A stretch of 64,000 nt of DNA from Octopus sinensis. Its lineage: Eukaryota. Position 1 is the stretch's first letter. Every line of letters begins with the position of its first letter. Shown in pieces: positions 36,110 to 48,452 of the stretch. The notes under the pieces were generated by a model. That model saw only the letters and a list, made by a program, of their open reading frames with translations, ran no database searches and was not told the DNA's origin. The position numbers and the translations under genes are program-made. The DNA lies in contig NC_043005.1 in NCBI RefSeq assembly GCF_006345805.1, positions 76,074,001 to 76,138,000 on the forward strand. Reading direction: 5' to 3'.

Positions 36110-36268
36110 TACAATAAGCTTCTTTCAGTGTTCGCCTACCAGTTCCATTCACAACGTTTTGGTCGGTCCTGGCTATAGAAGAAGACACTTGCCCAATGTG
36201 CCACGCAGTGAGAATGAACTTGAAACCATGTGGTTGCGAAGGAAACTGCTTACCACACCGCCGTGCCT
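36110..36268 (-). mobile_element. SINE family A 5' part
   Basis: GAAGACACTTGCCCAATGTGCCACGCAGTG...TTACCACAC; sibling at ~44085-44237. Confidence 0.75.
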
Positions 36269-36403
36269 TTATATATTAGTAGTTATTAAACCTCATTTAT
36301 TCTGAAATAGCGACATTGTTTGATGCGTCATGCTTTTCGTTTTAAAGAAATGGTAAATCGAACATGATTATCAGATTTCTTCGGGAAAATGGAAGAACTA
36401 AAA

Positions 36404-36597
36404 GGTTTGACCCGAGCAAAAAAAAAAAAAAAAAAAAATTAAAAATTAGTGTAACTGTGTACAACAAATGGTGTAAACGAATATGAAAACAAAAATGCGC
36501 GCTCGCGAAGGGGGGTGGCGAAGAGGACTTGGAATATTCACATATTGTTTTACACCTATTCACTATTTTTGCTCTTTGTTTTTGCTCGGGTCAAACC
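36404..36597. mobile_element. MITE, TIR GGTTTGACCCGAGCAAAAA
   Basis: Inverted termini; duplicate at 44377-44569; apparent empty site near 47870. Confidence 0.78.
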
Positions 36598-36635
36598 ATT
36601 TATAAAACCTGAATAAGGTTTTACGTAACACAAAA

Positions 36636-36968
36636 ATGAAAAGTAAAAAAGTTGCATTATGTAGCTTTTTATTCTCTTCAAGTGAACATTTTTCTGATTA
36701 AAATACACTGAAAAATGGCGACACAGCAGTAAAAAAATCGTAAAAAATAGGAATTTTCATAGAAAAAAAGCACCTTTTTGATGTAAATAATTCTTGGTGT
36801 TAACATGGTCCAATTTGAATTATTTCTTCTACAGAAGGAAGAGCAAGCCTTCCTCTATCATACTCTTAATTTTGGTCAACTTGCGCCGCAAGGTCTCGGA
36901 TGAGATAGTGTTAGTTGAAGGCTACCAAACCTGCCATACACAGACAACTTCAGCATTATGTAGAGAGA
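36636..36968 (-). mobile_element. Helitron fragment (sibling of 24006-24342)
   Basis: Homologous internal sequence; 3' end lost at the duplication junction. Confidence 0.7.
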
Positions 36969-38538
36969 TATTGGTTGAACTATGTAAAACGCTAGAGAAC
37001 CTAACTGTTTCTTGCAATAGATATATCTAAAGCGAAATTTTTTCATGAACTTTCAAAGTACTACTGTGGACCCAATTTACTATTTTGATTGTGTGGATCC
37101 CCAAAATTTTTATATTGACCCAAGGTATTATACGGACGCCGTTTGAGAACCACTGGGTTACACATGTGTCTCTTTAATGTTATTGGTATGAAAAATACTT
37201 CTCATCTCAATTGAATAACGTAACACACCAACCTATTTTTATGTTTTACCGTAAAACAATTATTTTTATATAGCACCGTCGAATACTTTATATTCCACTG
37301 CAAAAAGTAGGCTCTTTATGAACTAAGACGGCAACGTACCTTACCCCAGGTCAAACCTGAAAGAGTTGACTCATGACCAAAAACTTTCTAGTTTTGACGA
37401 TTCCATTTATTTAACTAGACTACACTACTCTATTTGTCCTCTAATTTTTAAGTCAGCCGGATGCAATTTGTGGAAGGTTTGGCTGTAATTTTACCAGATT
37501 GAGCATGCTGATAGACGTTTCGACGTTGTTTTGATGGCGATGTGAAATTTCACTTTCCTCGAGGCATTTCATTTAATCAAACTTTATAATATTCCTATCT
37601 CTTTAGGTCTTTGTAAACCGTAATTCACCCCCCACACATATATAAGAGATTAATTTTAAGCTCCGTGCAGCAACTAAGTTAAGTGACTTGGAATAAATGA
37701 GTAGCGTTTCCTGCATGAATGCAAGGCATACAACGCCCGTCTAAGAGATATAAATAAGAGAAAATAGCAAATAAGGATTTTATAAATCACATATTTTAAT
37801 GAGAGACAGCAAGAAAGATTGTACATATAAATGCTATATGCACTCTACTTCAGTTACGGCTTTTATAATTTAAAATTACATGTTTTACCAGGATTTGTAA
37901 GTCGGTTGTAGCCATGATCGAGAAGACATGTGATCATAAGTATCCTAAACGTGACTAACCTGTATTTTATTCCTTAAAATACATTGGGTATCCAGGAGGG
38001 TATTATACATTACCCTTTTTTTTTAAAGACAGTAGGGTGTAAATCGGGGGAGATTTGGTTACTATTTCGATTTACCAACGGAGGTAAAAGCTTGCTTCGG
38101 CTCGAAACAGATTGAATACAATAAAACAGAGAAGAGGCGTACGTATCTTCGTTGGTGTATTGTGAGAGAAAGTAGAAAGCTGTTAGAACTCAATACTTCC
38201 CAGCATTAGAAATGTCCGTCGGCGAAAAGATGTGGTCCACCAGTAATAGAGCTGGCAGAATCGTTAGAACGCCGGCTAGAATATTCAGCGACATTTCGTC
38301 ACATTCATATTCTGAGTTCGAATTCCATTGAGGTCGACTTTACCATTAAGTATCGATACAATAAGTAACAGTTGAACACTGGCATTGATGTAATCATCTT
38401 AACCCCTTTTCTGAACTTGCTGGCCTTGTGCTAAAATAGGAAGCCGATATTATTTATCTCGTCATGGATGTGTGAATGAGCGTACGTACAAAGTTAAGTA
38501 TTATTAAGGTTATTAATTTTGACGGGAAAAACAATTTA

Positions 38539-38601
38539 TTTCCATGCCGGTAATCGAACCCGGACCACAGCCAGGAATCCTAACCACTAGGTCACATGGG
38601 A
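38539..38601 (-). pseudogene. tRNA-Glu pseudogene, same 9-nt anticodon deletion plus B-box mutation
   Basis: Paralog of 26160-26222; T arm reads GGTTCGATTACC. Confidence 0.88.
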
Positions 38602-38757
38602 AAGACGCCTGCTAAACCTAACAGTTACTGTTTTATTAAAGACACTGCGTTATTTAACCATTTGTTTTTGTGTGAGTGTGTAAGGCTGTGTGTGTGTGTA
38701 CATGTGTTCGCGCGTGCGAGCGTACTTGTATGCATTCGTGTTTGTGCATCCCTCTCA

Positions 38758-38815
<58 letters not shown>

Positions 38816-39036
38816 CAATATCTATATATATTTGATATTTCTTTAGACCTAGACACATCGCTTTCACGTCGCATTCTCTTTTATAAAAATGGTTAAAACA
38901 TGATTCTTAGATCTCTCCAGAATAAAAGGGAAACCGAAATAAGTAAACAAATAAATTCAAAATCAACTTATATATAACTCTAAATTACATGATTGTCACT
39001 ATAGATACATATTGACAGAGCAAAAAAAAAAATGCG

Positions 39037-39108
39037 TTCCCATGCCGGGAATCGAACCCGGGCCGCCTGGGTGAAAGCCAGGAATCCTAACCACTAGACC
39101 ACATGGGA
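39037..39108 (-). tRNA. tRNA-Glu-TTC: tRNA-Glu(TTC)
   Basis: Identical to consensus. Confidence 0.97.
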
Positions 39109-39209
39109 AAGTTGCTTAGCTGGTGCTACAGCTACTGTTTTATAAAACGTGTTGCGTTATTTTACCTATCTGTGTGTGTATATGTGTGAGTGTATTTATA
39201 TCTTTTAGT

Positions 39210-39843
39210 ATTGCCTCCTACGTGCAGGCTTGTGACTAGAACTTCCTGTGGTTACCTCCACCTGTCCTTTTCCCCACTTCCCCATCGCCGCAGGACTCGA
39301 GGTTGACATCTCGAAAGCTGAAATGTACAGACACCTGAAATTATTTTAAGTGGGAGAACTTTTGCACAAGGACTATCCCACCCTCTCGGTAGAAAACCGT
39401 TATGGCTGGAAACCCTTCCTGCTGCAGGGGAGGGTTAGTACCTCTGGTGGGTGAGTGGGGGTTAGTCGTTCTCCTTGGGAGTGTCTCGCTACCTTTGGCC
39501 CCCATCTGGAATTCAGCTCTCACCTGTGGCTCCAAGTAGCTGTAGCATGCGCAGCGGCCACATCCGGTAAACCACTTCGACTGGCGGGCTACACCAGATG
39601 AGGATAGCCTAGGTACCTGAAACTCTGTGTGAGATACGGGCTCGGCGTATTTGCTCAGTAACAGGAAGTCATAGGTACTCGTCTTCTCAACTGCATGCTT
39701 CTCTCTGACCCCTTTCCACTGTTCCTCGTCCTTGCTGACTTTGGCTTTGAAGTCGCCAAGTATTAGAAACTTGTCGGTGTTAGGGGTGCCACGTAGTATA
39801 GTGTCCAAGTCGGCAAAGAACTGCTCTCTGACCTCCTTTCGTA

Positions 39844-39891
<48 letters not shown>

Positions 39892-40420
39892 GGGCTTATG
39901 ATGGGGAAGCGTTTGTCACTGACAGGTAATCTTCATAAGCCCTTCATTTACGCCTGTTGGCAGGCTGGGAATCCGTTTCAAGGACTGGACTTGATAGCGA
40001 ATCCAACTCCATATATTCTGTCCTCATGTAGGGCCTTGCTTTTCCAGAAGAAAATGTAGTCATTGCCTGATTCTGTCAGTGACCCCTACTCAGCCAGTCG
40101 AGTTTCACCGATAGCTGTTTTGTCGATACTGTATCTCGACAGTTCTTTGGCAATGAGGGCTGTTCTTCTTAGATGTCTGGAGACACTGCCTCGATCTCTG
40201 AGGGTACCTATGTTCCATATACCAATGACTATATTTTTCTTTCTTTGTTTGAATCGACTGCAATTGGATAAGTCTGTCATCTTCCTCAAGAGGCTCATCA
40301 CCAGCGTTTTAGAGATCAACTTGCCTGAAGCCCAATGTGGCTTTCACTGTGGCCTCTGCACCATAGAAATGGCGTTTACTGTGCGTCAAGTTAAAGAGAA
40401 GTGTATTGAACAACAGAATT
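39210..40420. mobile_element. Rearranged RTE-like LINE relic (duplicate of 26840-28040)
   Basis: IGIWNIGTL...ELSRYSIDKTAIGETRL and KFLILGDF on minus; LPEAQCGF...RQVKEKCIEQ on plus. Confidence 0.8.
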
Positions 40421-40765
40421 CGTACAGTTCTATATTTAAGAGATGAGGAATTGTGTACATTATTTACATTCGACGGATATTTGTCTTCATCTTGTTTGTT
40501 GTTATGTATACGTATTTGTGCGTGTGTGCTTTGTTCTTCTTTAGATCTTGTAATGCAGGAGTCTAAGATAATCGGTCTCTTATTCTGATACATCGACATT
40601 GTTTAACGGCTCGCATCTGCTTCTTTTAAGTTGATAAATCCTATTTGATTCTCAGATCTCGCTAAAAGAGAAAGAAGCGTTCAAGTTGAATGACTAAATC
40701 TGGAATTAAGTTATATGAAACACTGAAGTATTTAGATAAATTATTTCAATAAAATGATGAATGCG

Positions 40766-40837
40766 TTCCCATGCCGGGAATCGAACCCGGGCCGCCTGGG
40801 TGAAAGCCAGGAATCCTAACCACTAGACCACATGGGA
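40766..40837 (-). tRNA. tRNA-Glu-TTC: tRNA-Glu(TTC)
   Basis: Identical to consensus. Confidence 0.97.
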
Positions 40838-41418
40838 GAGCTGCTGGTTTAGGCTACTCTGGATCGTTTATAAAATGTGTAACGTAATTTTATACATTTG
40901 TGTGTGTTTGTGTGTCTGTTTTTGTTTTGCATAAGAATCGGAAAATGAAGACTCAGAAAAGAAAGAGTCAGCACAATTCAATATTTTGTTCAGGTAGCGA
41001 CATTATTTAACGTGTCGTATCTGCTTTTTCATTTCTTGCCCTATCCAAAAACAAAAGAAACCAAATGAATGAATAAATAACTAAAGATAAAAAAAAAGGG
41101 ACTTCAGTTTCAGTGGGGTGCTTATATACGAGCCGAGCGGTTCTCTGAACCAGAAAACATGAATATAGAAACGGTTTTTCTGTAGGAAATGGAAGTCGAA
41201 TATCGAACTGAAACTTCATCGATTCGTACAAATAACTTGGAGCCTATTCACTTAAGGAGCTGGAATTTGAATAACGAGTAAACTACGCATACATACAAGT
41301 GGCTAAGCGAGCGTGTATAAAGAGTTCGTTAACGTGAGCATTTGCACATGTTAAATAGAAAATAATATTCTTCATATATTTTATTCAACAAAAGCAAAAA
41401 GAGTAAGTGCACCCAATC

Positions 41419-41431
<13 letters not shown>

Positions 41432-41509
<78 letters not shown>

Positions 41510-41522
41510 CGTGCGTGTGTGT
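41432..41522. repeat. (GT)n microsatellite
   Basis: Direct reading. Confidence 0.95.
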
Positions 41523-42076
41523 ATAATAGTGAGTAGAAATATGATTTTACATCTTTTTACATCTCTTTAACACAGAAACGCGTATATAGTTAATCAAAGC
41601 CGGGTGGATTCGTTATTTTTTTCTCTTTACCTGCGAGTTGAGAGTATTATTGTCCGGGAGATATCTTATGGTGGTGGAATAGTATTTAACTGCTATTTCT
41701 AAATTTCGGAAGGAATCAAAAGGAATGAGTGAAATTAAGTTATATGTAACACTAAAGTATTTTGATAAATTCTTTCTCAGAAAATAAAGAATACAGGTTC
41801 CCATTACGAACAGACTACGCACAAGTATAAATAACTAGGTGCCTAAGTGCATGTATGTGTTGTTCTTTAGATTTAGCAATGCGGGAATCAGAGATAATCC
41901 ATCTCTTATTCTGATATACCGATATTGTTTGACGTGTCGCACCCGCTTTTTTAAAACTGGTAAATACTATTTATTTCTTAGATCTCTCCAAAATATGAAT
42001 GAATAAAAAAAAACCTGGAATTATGTAACACTAAACTATTTAGATAAATTCTTTCGGTAAAAAAAAGAAAGACGCG

Positions 42077-42148
42077 TTCCCATGCCGGGAATCGAACCCG
42101 GGCCGCCTGGGTGAAAGCCAGGAATCCTAACCACTAGACCACATGGGA
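42077..42148 (-). tRNA. tRNA-Glu-TTC: tRNA-Glu(TTC)
   Basis: Identical to consensus. Confidence 0.97.
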
Positions 42149-42423
42149 GATCTACTGGCTGAGTTTCACTGTTAATGATTTATAAAATGTGCAACGTAAA
42201 GTTGTTCTTTAATTTTAGCAATGCAGGAGTCTAAGATAATGCACCACTTATTCTGATATATTGTTTAATGCTTTGCATCTGCTTTCTTACAAATGCTAAA
42301 TATTATTTGTTTCTTAGATCTTTCCATCCAAAATATGAAGGAATCAAAAGGAATGAATAAAGCTGGAATCTTACGTAACAAAAAAGTATTTAGATAAATA
42401 CTTTCGAGAAAAAGAAACACGCA

Positions 42424-42495
42424 TTCCCATGCCGGGAATCGAACCCGGGCCGCCTGGGTGAAAGCCAGGAATCCTAACCACTAGACCACATGGGA
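42424..42495 (-). tRNA. tRNA-Glu-TTC: tRNA-Glu(TTC)
   Basis: Identical to consensus. Confidence 0.97.
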
Positions 42496-42690
42496 AAAGC
42501 TAGTGTGGTGACGTTACTGTTAATCTTTTATAAAATATGCTGCTTTATTTTTACCTATTTGTGCGGCTGTGTCTGTTTTTGTATTGACAAAGACTCGGAA
42601 AAGGAAGAATCTAAGGTCAACGTAATCCAATATTTTATTCAAATAGCGACATTATTTAACATGCCGTATCCGCTTTTTGTTTTCGAGACC

Positions 42691-42987
42691 GGATCTTTTC
42701 ACTTTGACCGGCAGATTTTAAAAATAATTTTCATGTAACTAAAAAATTTTAAACTTCGAATACTGGTAGAATGTGTTTATAAAACATCTTCTTCTCTTGG
42801 CTTTCTTGAGAAAATTCTGTAGTTTGTAAGCTATTTCCTCTTTAATTTCTTAATTTTCGGCAATTTCAACCAATCAATGACGTCTATTGAGGTGAAAATA
42901 AACACATTCTACCAGTATACGAAGTTTAAAAGTGTTTAGTTACATAGAAATTATTTTTAAAATCTGCCGGTCAAAGTGAAAAGATCC
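42691..42987. mobile_element. MITE with ~90-bp TIRs (GGATCTTTTC...GAAAAGATCC) and 8-bp TSD TCGAGACC
   Basis: TSD at 42683-42690 and 42988-42995; long inverted ends. Confidence 0.92.
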
Positions 42988-43547
42988 TCGAGACCTATCC
43001 GAAACAAAGGAAACCAAATGAAAGAATAAAGGACTAAAGAAAGCCGACTTCAAATACATTGGGGTACTTATATACGAACGATTCTCTGAACAGAAAAATA
43101 TGAATATAGACCGGTTTTCCTGTAGAAAAATAAGCTCGAATACCGAACTGAGATTTCATCAACTAACTACGAGCAGACTACGCACAAATATAAATAACTA
43201 GGAGCTGCAATTTAAACAGCGAACTACGATAGATTATGCACGTATATAAGTGGTTAGGAGAGCGTATATAAACGGTTCGTTAGCGTACACATTTTCATAT
43301 TTTATATAGAAAATAGTATTTTTCATATATTTTACTAAAAACTTAACTATGAATCGACATAAACAAACGGCAAGAATGCACTCGTCGACTGGAACGGATT
43401 ATCCCTGTTTGCATCTATTTCAATTACTCACGTAACGAAGAATTTCCTTTACGAACAGAGTTCGTATATAGAGACTCCACTGCATAGGGAATACTGAAAT
43501 ACCTTTTCTGAAACTACAGATTAATTCTGACAGAAAAAAAGTATACA

Positions 43548-43606
43548 TTCCCATACCGGGATCGAACTCGGAAAGCTTGGAAACCGAACCACTAGAGCAT
43601 ATTGTA
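43548..43606 (-). pseudogene. Highly decayed tRNA-Glu pseudogene
   Basis: TTCCCATACCGGGATCGAACTCGG...AACCACTAGAGCATATTG. Confidence 0.6.
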
Positions 43607-43687
43607 AAGCTGATAACTTATGCAAGCAGTTAGTGCTTTATTAAAAGTACCGTTTCATTTCATCAATTTGCTCTTATTCATGTATGC

Positions 43688-43840
43688 ATAGGCGTAGGCG
43701 TGACTGTGGGATGAGAAGCTTGTGTCCAGTTTTAGTCCCACTGCACGGTTTCTTGTGTAAGTGCCTTCTACTATACGCTCGGATCGACCAGGTCTTGTGT
43801 GTGGATTTGATAGAAGGAAACTGAAAGAAGCTCGTCGTAA
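43688..43840 (+). mobile_element. Decayed SINE family A 5' part
   Basis: GGCGTAGGCGTGACTGTGG...GGAAACTGAAAGAAGCTCGTCGT. Confidence 0.7.
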
Positions 43841-44376
43841 TTGTATTCACCTCAATAGACGTCACTGATTGGTTGAAATTGCCAAAATATAAGAAATTAA
43901 ACAAGAAATAGCTTACAAATTATTAAAAAATTCTTTTTTAACCCTAACCCTTTATAAAAAATAATTTATTTACTTAGTTGTAGCATCGACTACTTACGAC
44001 TAGCTAGAGCGGATGCGCGAGTGCGCGCACCGGGACCATTGTTCGCTAGTAGTACCCATATATACATACATACATATATACAATAGGCTTCTTTCAGTGT
44101 TCGCCTACCAGTTCCATTCACAACGTTTTGGTCGGTCCTGGCTATAGAAGAAGACACTTGCCCAATGTGCCACGCAGTGAGAATGAACTTGAAACCATGT
44201 GGTTGCGAAGGAAACTGCTTACCACACCGCCGTGCCTTTATATATTAGTAGTTATTTAAACCTCATTTATTCTGAAATAGCGACATTGTTTGATGCGTCA
44301 TGCCTTTTCGTTTTAAAGCAATGGTAAATCGAACATGATTATCAGATTTCTCCGGGATAAAATGGAAGAACTAAAA

Positions 44377-44569
44377 GGTTTGACCTGAGCAAAAAAAAAA
44401 AAAAAATTAAAAATTAGTGTAACAGGTGTACAACAAATTGGTGTAAACGAATATGAAAACAAAAATGCGCGCTCGCGAAAGGGGGTGGCGAAGAGGACTT
44501 GGAATATTCACATATTGTTTAACACCTATTCCACCATTTTTGCTCTTTTGTTTTTGCTCGGGTCAAACC
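44377..44569. mobile_element. MITE (duplicate of 36404-36597)
   Basis: TIR GGTTTGACCTGAGC / GCTCGGGTCAAACC. Confidence 0.78.
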
Positions 44570-45115
44570 ATTTATAAAACCTGAATAAGGTTTTACGTAA
44601 CACAAAAATGCTTCCGTTAGATCTTTCGATTGTTGTCACACTTTTTCAAAATTTTGATTGTGATCTACACATCGAGGACGAGACTCGTCTTATAAACTGT
44701 AGTTGCCCGCTCGGAATTTCTGGAACCACCGTTGAGACCGGCTTACGCTTATTGTCCGATCCCCATATACTGCATTAATATTCCTCGCACTTTCCGTTGC
44801 GTTATTGCCTTAATTGAACTCATAAAGCAAAATATGTCGAATATGCTCCTTTGTCGCTTCTATTATAGCTTTGAAGAAATAACTGTTAAAATCGAATTTG
44901 TATTGCGAATTTGTATTGCACACACAGGAATTCATATGATTATGCAATAATGAAAGAAGAAAAAAAAGTAAAGTATTTTCTGATATTCAGCGTGGAAAAT
45001 TACATCACACACCAATTTAAAAAAAATTCCATAAACATTGAAGTTTTCACAGGTGCAGACAAACAGAAAAATCAGTATTTGGACACACTCGCAAATAGTG
45101 AAAAGTAACGTAGCG

Positions 45116-45137
45116 TTTTTATAAAACAGTAATTGTA
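45116..45137 (+). promoter_or_regulatory. Upstream TATA element TTTTATAAAACAGTAATTG of tRNA 45157 (representative copy)
   Basis: Same motif at about -37 to -20 of many copies (26671, 39037, 46575, 50297, 51605, 56260, 58551). Confidence 0.6.
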
Positions 45138-45156
45138 ATAACAAAGTTATGGCTTT

Positions 45157-45228
45157 TCCCATGTGGTCTAGTGGTTAGGATTCCTGGCTTTCACCCAGGC
45201 GGCCCGGGTTCGATTCCCGGCATGGGAA
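45157..45228 (+). tRNA. tRNA-Glu-TTC: tRNA-Glu(TTC)
   Basis: Identical to consensus. Confidence 0.97.
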
Positions 45229-45644
45229 CGCATATCTATTTTGATTTTTTAGTCAGAATCTATTTGTTGGAATATTAAAGACCCTTAGAGTTGATTATAA
45301 TACAGCAGTCTTGATAAAGCAGTGACTGTTACAATGAACATACTGTTCTTCGCAAAATATCTTGTGATATTAGCGGCATGCGATTGCACTCTTTCACCCG
45401 CAGGTGCAGTCAAACAAAAAAGTCATTGGAACTCATAATTGTTGTCTGCCAGAATTCATTTGCAGTGATAATGGAAGTACTTTGGAGTTTCATATACACT
45501 GGAGTTTCTATATACGAGCATAATCTGCTCCCGAACGCGATTTGTTACGTGAGTAACTGAAATAGATATGAATAGCGGTAATCTTTAATATTACAACAAA
45601 TAAATTCAAACGAAAGAAGAAAAAAAAATGAAGCAAACGTATCT

Positions 45645-45717
45645 TTCCCATTGCCGGGAATTGAACCTGGGCTGCCTGGGTGAGAGTCAGGAATCCTAAC
45701 CACTAGACCACATACGA
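45645..45717 (-). pseudogene. Degenerate tRNA-Glu with CTC anticodon
   Basis: Reverse complement TCGTATGTGGTCTAGTGGTTAGGATTCCTGACTCTCACCCAGGCAGCCCAGGTTCAATTCCCGGCAATGGGAA; mismatches in acceptor, anticodon and T stems. Confidence 0.85.
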
Positions 45718-46574
45718 AAGCTTACAACAACTCTATTACGGTTACTTTTTATGAAAACCTTGCGTTATATTTTAATATTTGTGTGTGTACGTATATGTAA
45801 GTGTGTATGTCTAAATACTGACTTAGGAAGAGTTTCAAATCAAAGTAAAATTTAGTGTATTGGTGTAAATTCCCACGCTGAATATCAGGAGGTATTTCAC
45901 TTTTTTCAGAATAATGTTCTAAAGTCATAGATCATTTTTACGCAGTCAGAAAACAGAATCTAGTAGCTGTCATTTTGTAGCGTGACAGCATGTGTAGTCA
46001 ATTATAAAGAAATGAAACACGTGTAGAGTTCTGTTATACGCACGTCATATAACCCCTTATAAATAACTTTTTTTTACTTTTTGGAATTTTCTGAAATTTT
46101 TTGTTTGTTTGAATTGCACGCACGGGAATTCATACGATTGCGCAAAAAAGAAAAGAAAATATCTACTGGGATTCAGCGTGGAAAATTACATTAATACACC
46201 AAATTGTAAAATTTTCAATAAACTTCGAAATTTGCACAGGTGTACCTAAACAAAACAGATGCCCCTCCCTTTTTTTTTTTATTCTTTCAGAAAACCGTTT
46301 GTATAATAGTACCCTACTGTATTTAAAATCGCTTTTTCTTTAGTTACTTATTTATTCATTTGATTTCTTTGTTTTGGAGAGATCTCGAAATCAAAAAATA
46401 GTTGTGACACATAAAATAAGATCTCCACCTGAATAAGGTATTGGATTACTTTAATTTCAAACTCTTCCTAATTCAGGATTTAGACATACACACATATGTA
46501 GACACACGAAGATTTAAAAATAACACAAGGCTTTTTTTTATAAAGCAGTAATTGTAATGCCAATACATCGGCTT

Positions 46575-46646
46575 TCCTATGTAGTCTAGTGGTTAGGATT
46601 CCTGGCTTTCACCCAGGCGGCCCGGGTTCGATTCCCGTCATGGGAA
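46575..46646 (+). tRNA. tRNA-Glu-TTC: tRNA-Glu(TTC), C4T/G9A/G64T variant (possibly impaired)
   Basis: Full length; G64T breaks the first T-stem pair. Confidence 0.8.
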
Positions 46647-46858
46647 TGTTACCCTTTTTTTTTCTCTGATAGTTAGATTCTATTAGTTTTAATATTACTG
46701 CTATTTATATTAATTTAGATTACTCGTGTAACGATTTGCGTTCAGGAACAGATTAGGTTTGTATATAAACATTCCAGTGTATATAGAACTCCAAAATACT
46801 TTTCCTGTGACTACAAATGAGTTCTGGCAAAAACAAAAAACAAAAAAATAATAATGCC

Positions 46859-46925
46859 TTCAAGCGGTGGGATCGAACTCAGGATGCGTGGGTGAAAGCC
46901 AAGAATCTTAAATACTAGACCTGTT
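46859..46925 (-). pseudogene. Decayed tRNA-Glu pseudogene
   Basis: GGGATCGAACTCAGGATGCGTGGGTGAAAGCCAAGAATCTTAAATACTAGACC. Confidence 0.72.
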
Positions 46926-47110
46926 ACTGTTTAAAATGCCGCATTCACATCATTAAAAATGGTAAACTCTACTTGATTCTTAGATCGATCCAAAATAAGA
47001 ATCACTCAAAAGAAATGAATAAAACCCGAATAATGACATTCGTAATACCACAGTATTTAAATGACTGTATAGGTAAATTCTTTCGAAAAAAACAAACAAA
47101 AGCAGAAACA

Positions 47111-47182
47111 TTCCCATGCCGGGAATCGAACCCGGGCTGCCTGGGTGAAAGCCAGGAATCCTAACCACTAGACCACATAGGA
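47111..47182 (-). tRNA. tRNA-Glu-TTC: tRNA-Glu(TTC), C4T/G45A variant
   Basis: Full length; both changes are compatible with the fold. Confidence 0.92.
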
Positions 47183-47284
47183 AAGACGCTCGATGTCTGT
47201 TATAGTGAGTTTACATTAACAATGCTTCTTTATCATTTCTGTTTGTAGGTGTCTGTGAATGTATTTACGTTCCTTTTCTCTCTT

Positions 47285-47683
47285 ACGTTTTACTTGTTTT
47301 AGTCCTTGCCCTGCCTCCATGCTGGGGCCCCTCTTTGAGGCATTTATTTGGTCGACCAAGTCGAACCCAGTACTTATTTTAAAACTTGATACTTATTTTG
47401 TCGGTCTGTTGGTGAACAGTAAAGTTATGGGGACGTAAACAAACCGATACAAGTTCCTCATCGGAGCTGGGGACAGACACGTACACAAAGATCCCCACAC
47501 ACTTATTCATACATACATACATACATACATACAATGGGCTTCTTTCAGTTTCCGCCTACCAAATCCATTCCCAACGCTTTGGTCGGTCTGGGCTATAGTA
47601 GAAGACACTTGTCCAATGTGTCACGTAGTGAGAATGAACTTGAAACCATGTGGTTGCGAAGGCAACTTCTTACCACACCGCCG
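47285..47683 (-). mobile_element. Older SINE family A copy
   Basis: Diverged head, core and tail. Confidence 0.78.
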
Positions 47684-47713
47684 TTCCCATGCTGGGAATC
47701 GAACCCGGGCCGC
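47684..47713 (-). pseudogene. 3' 30-nt fragment of tRNA-Glu (T arm plus acceptor strand) fused to a SINE 5' end
   Basis: TTCCCATGCTGGGAATCGAACCCGGGCCGC, 29/30 match to consensus. Confidence 0.85.
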
Positions 47714-48046
47714 ATATTAGTAGTTCTTTAGACCTGTCAAAGTAGAAAACTAAGGCAATCAAATCATTTATTCTGACACAGCGACATTGGTTAGTACGCC
47801 ATATCCTTTTTTCAAAGCAATGGTAAATCCAACGGGATTCTCAGATTTCTCCAGGATAGAATGAAGGAATAGATTTATAAAACCTGAATTAAGTTCTATG
47901 TAACACTAAAATGCTTCAATTGGATCTTTCGGTTACTGTCACACTTTTAGAAATTTATTATTATGGTCCAATTGTTTTCAGTTTTGGAGGACTAATGTAG
48001 TTTTGTATACTAATTATGGAAATGGAATTCATTGTTGTCAGAAAGA

Positions 48047-48250
48047 AGTGGCTGTGTGGTAAGTAACTTGTTTCCCAACCACATGGTTCCGGGTTCAGTC
48101 CCACTGCGTGGCACCTTGCGCAAGTGTCTTCTACTATAGCCTCGGGCCAACCAAAGCCTTTTGGATGGATTTAGTAGACGGAAACTGAAAGAAACCCGTC
48201 GTATATATACATATATGTTTGTGTGTCCCTGTTTGTGTGTCCCTGTTTGT
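48047..48250 (+). mobile_element. SINE family A 5' part
   Basis: AGTGGCTGTGTGGTAAG...GGAAACTGAAAGAAACCCGTCG. Confidence 0.85.
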
Positions 48251-48452
48251 GGTCAAACTAAGGGGTCATTCATTTGACGGTCTTTATGTTGGAGAAATCC
48301 CGCAATCAAAATGTGGTAGCGACACGTAAAATAAGGTCGTCACACGAATAAAATATTGGACTACTTTAATTTTTAACTCTTCCTGTTTCAGGGCTTAGAC
48401 ACACACGCTTACACACAGATAATTAAAAATAACGTAGTATTTTTATAAAGCA

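Larger units (their letters stand above)
24070..44610. repeat. Older tandem segmental duplication (unit 1 ~24070-36640, unit 2 ~36640-44610)
   Basis: Co-linear matches: 24080-28130 with 36640-40500; 30130-31000 with 40505-41430; 34150-34843 with 41700-42397; 35917-36640 with 43886-44610. Confidence 0.88.
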
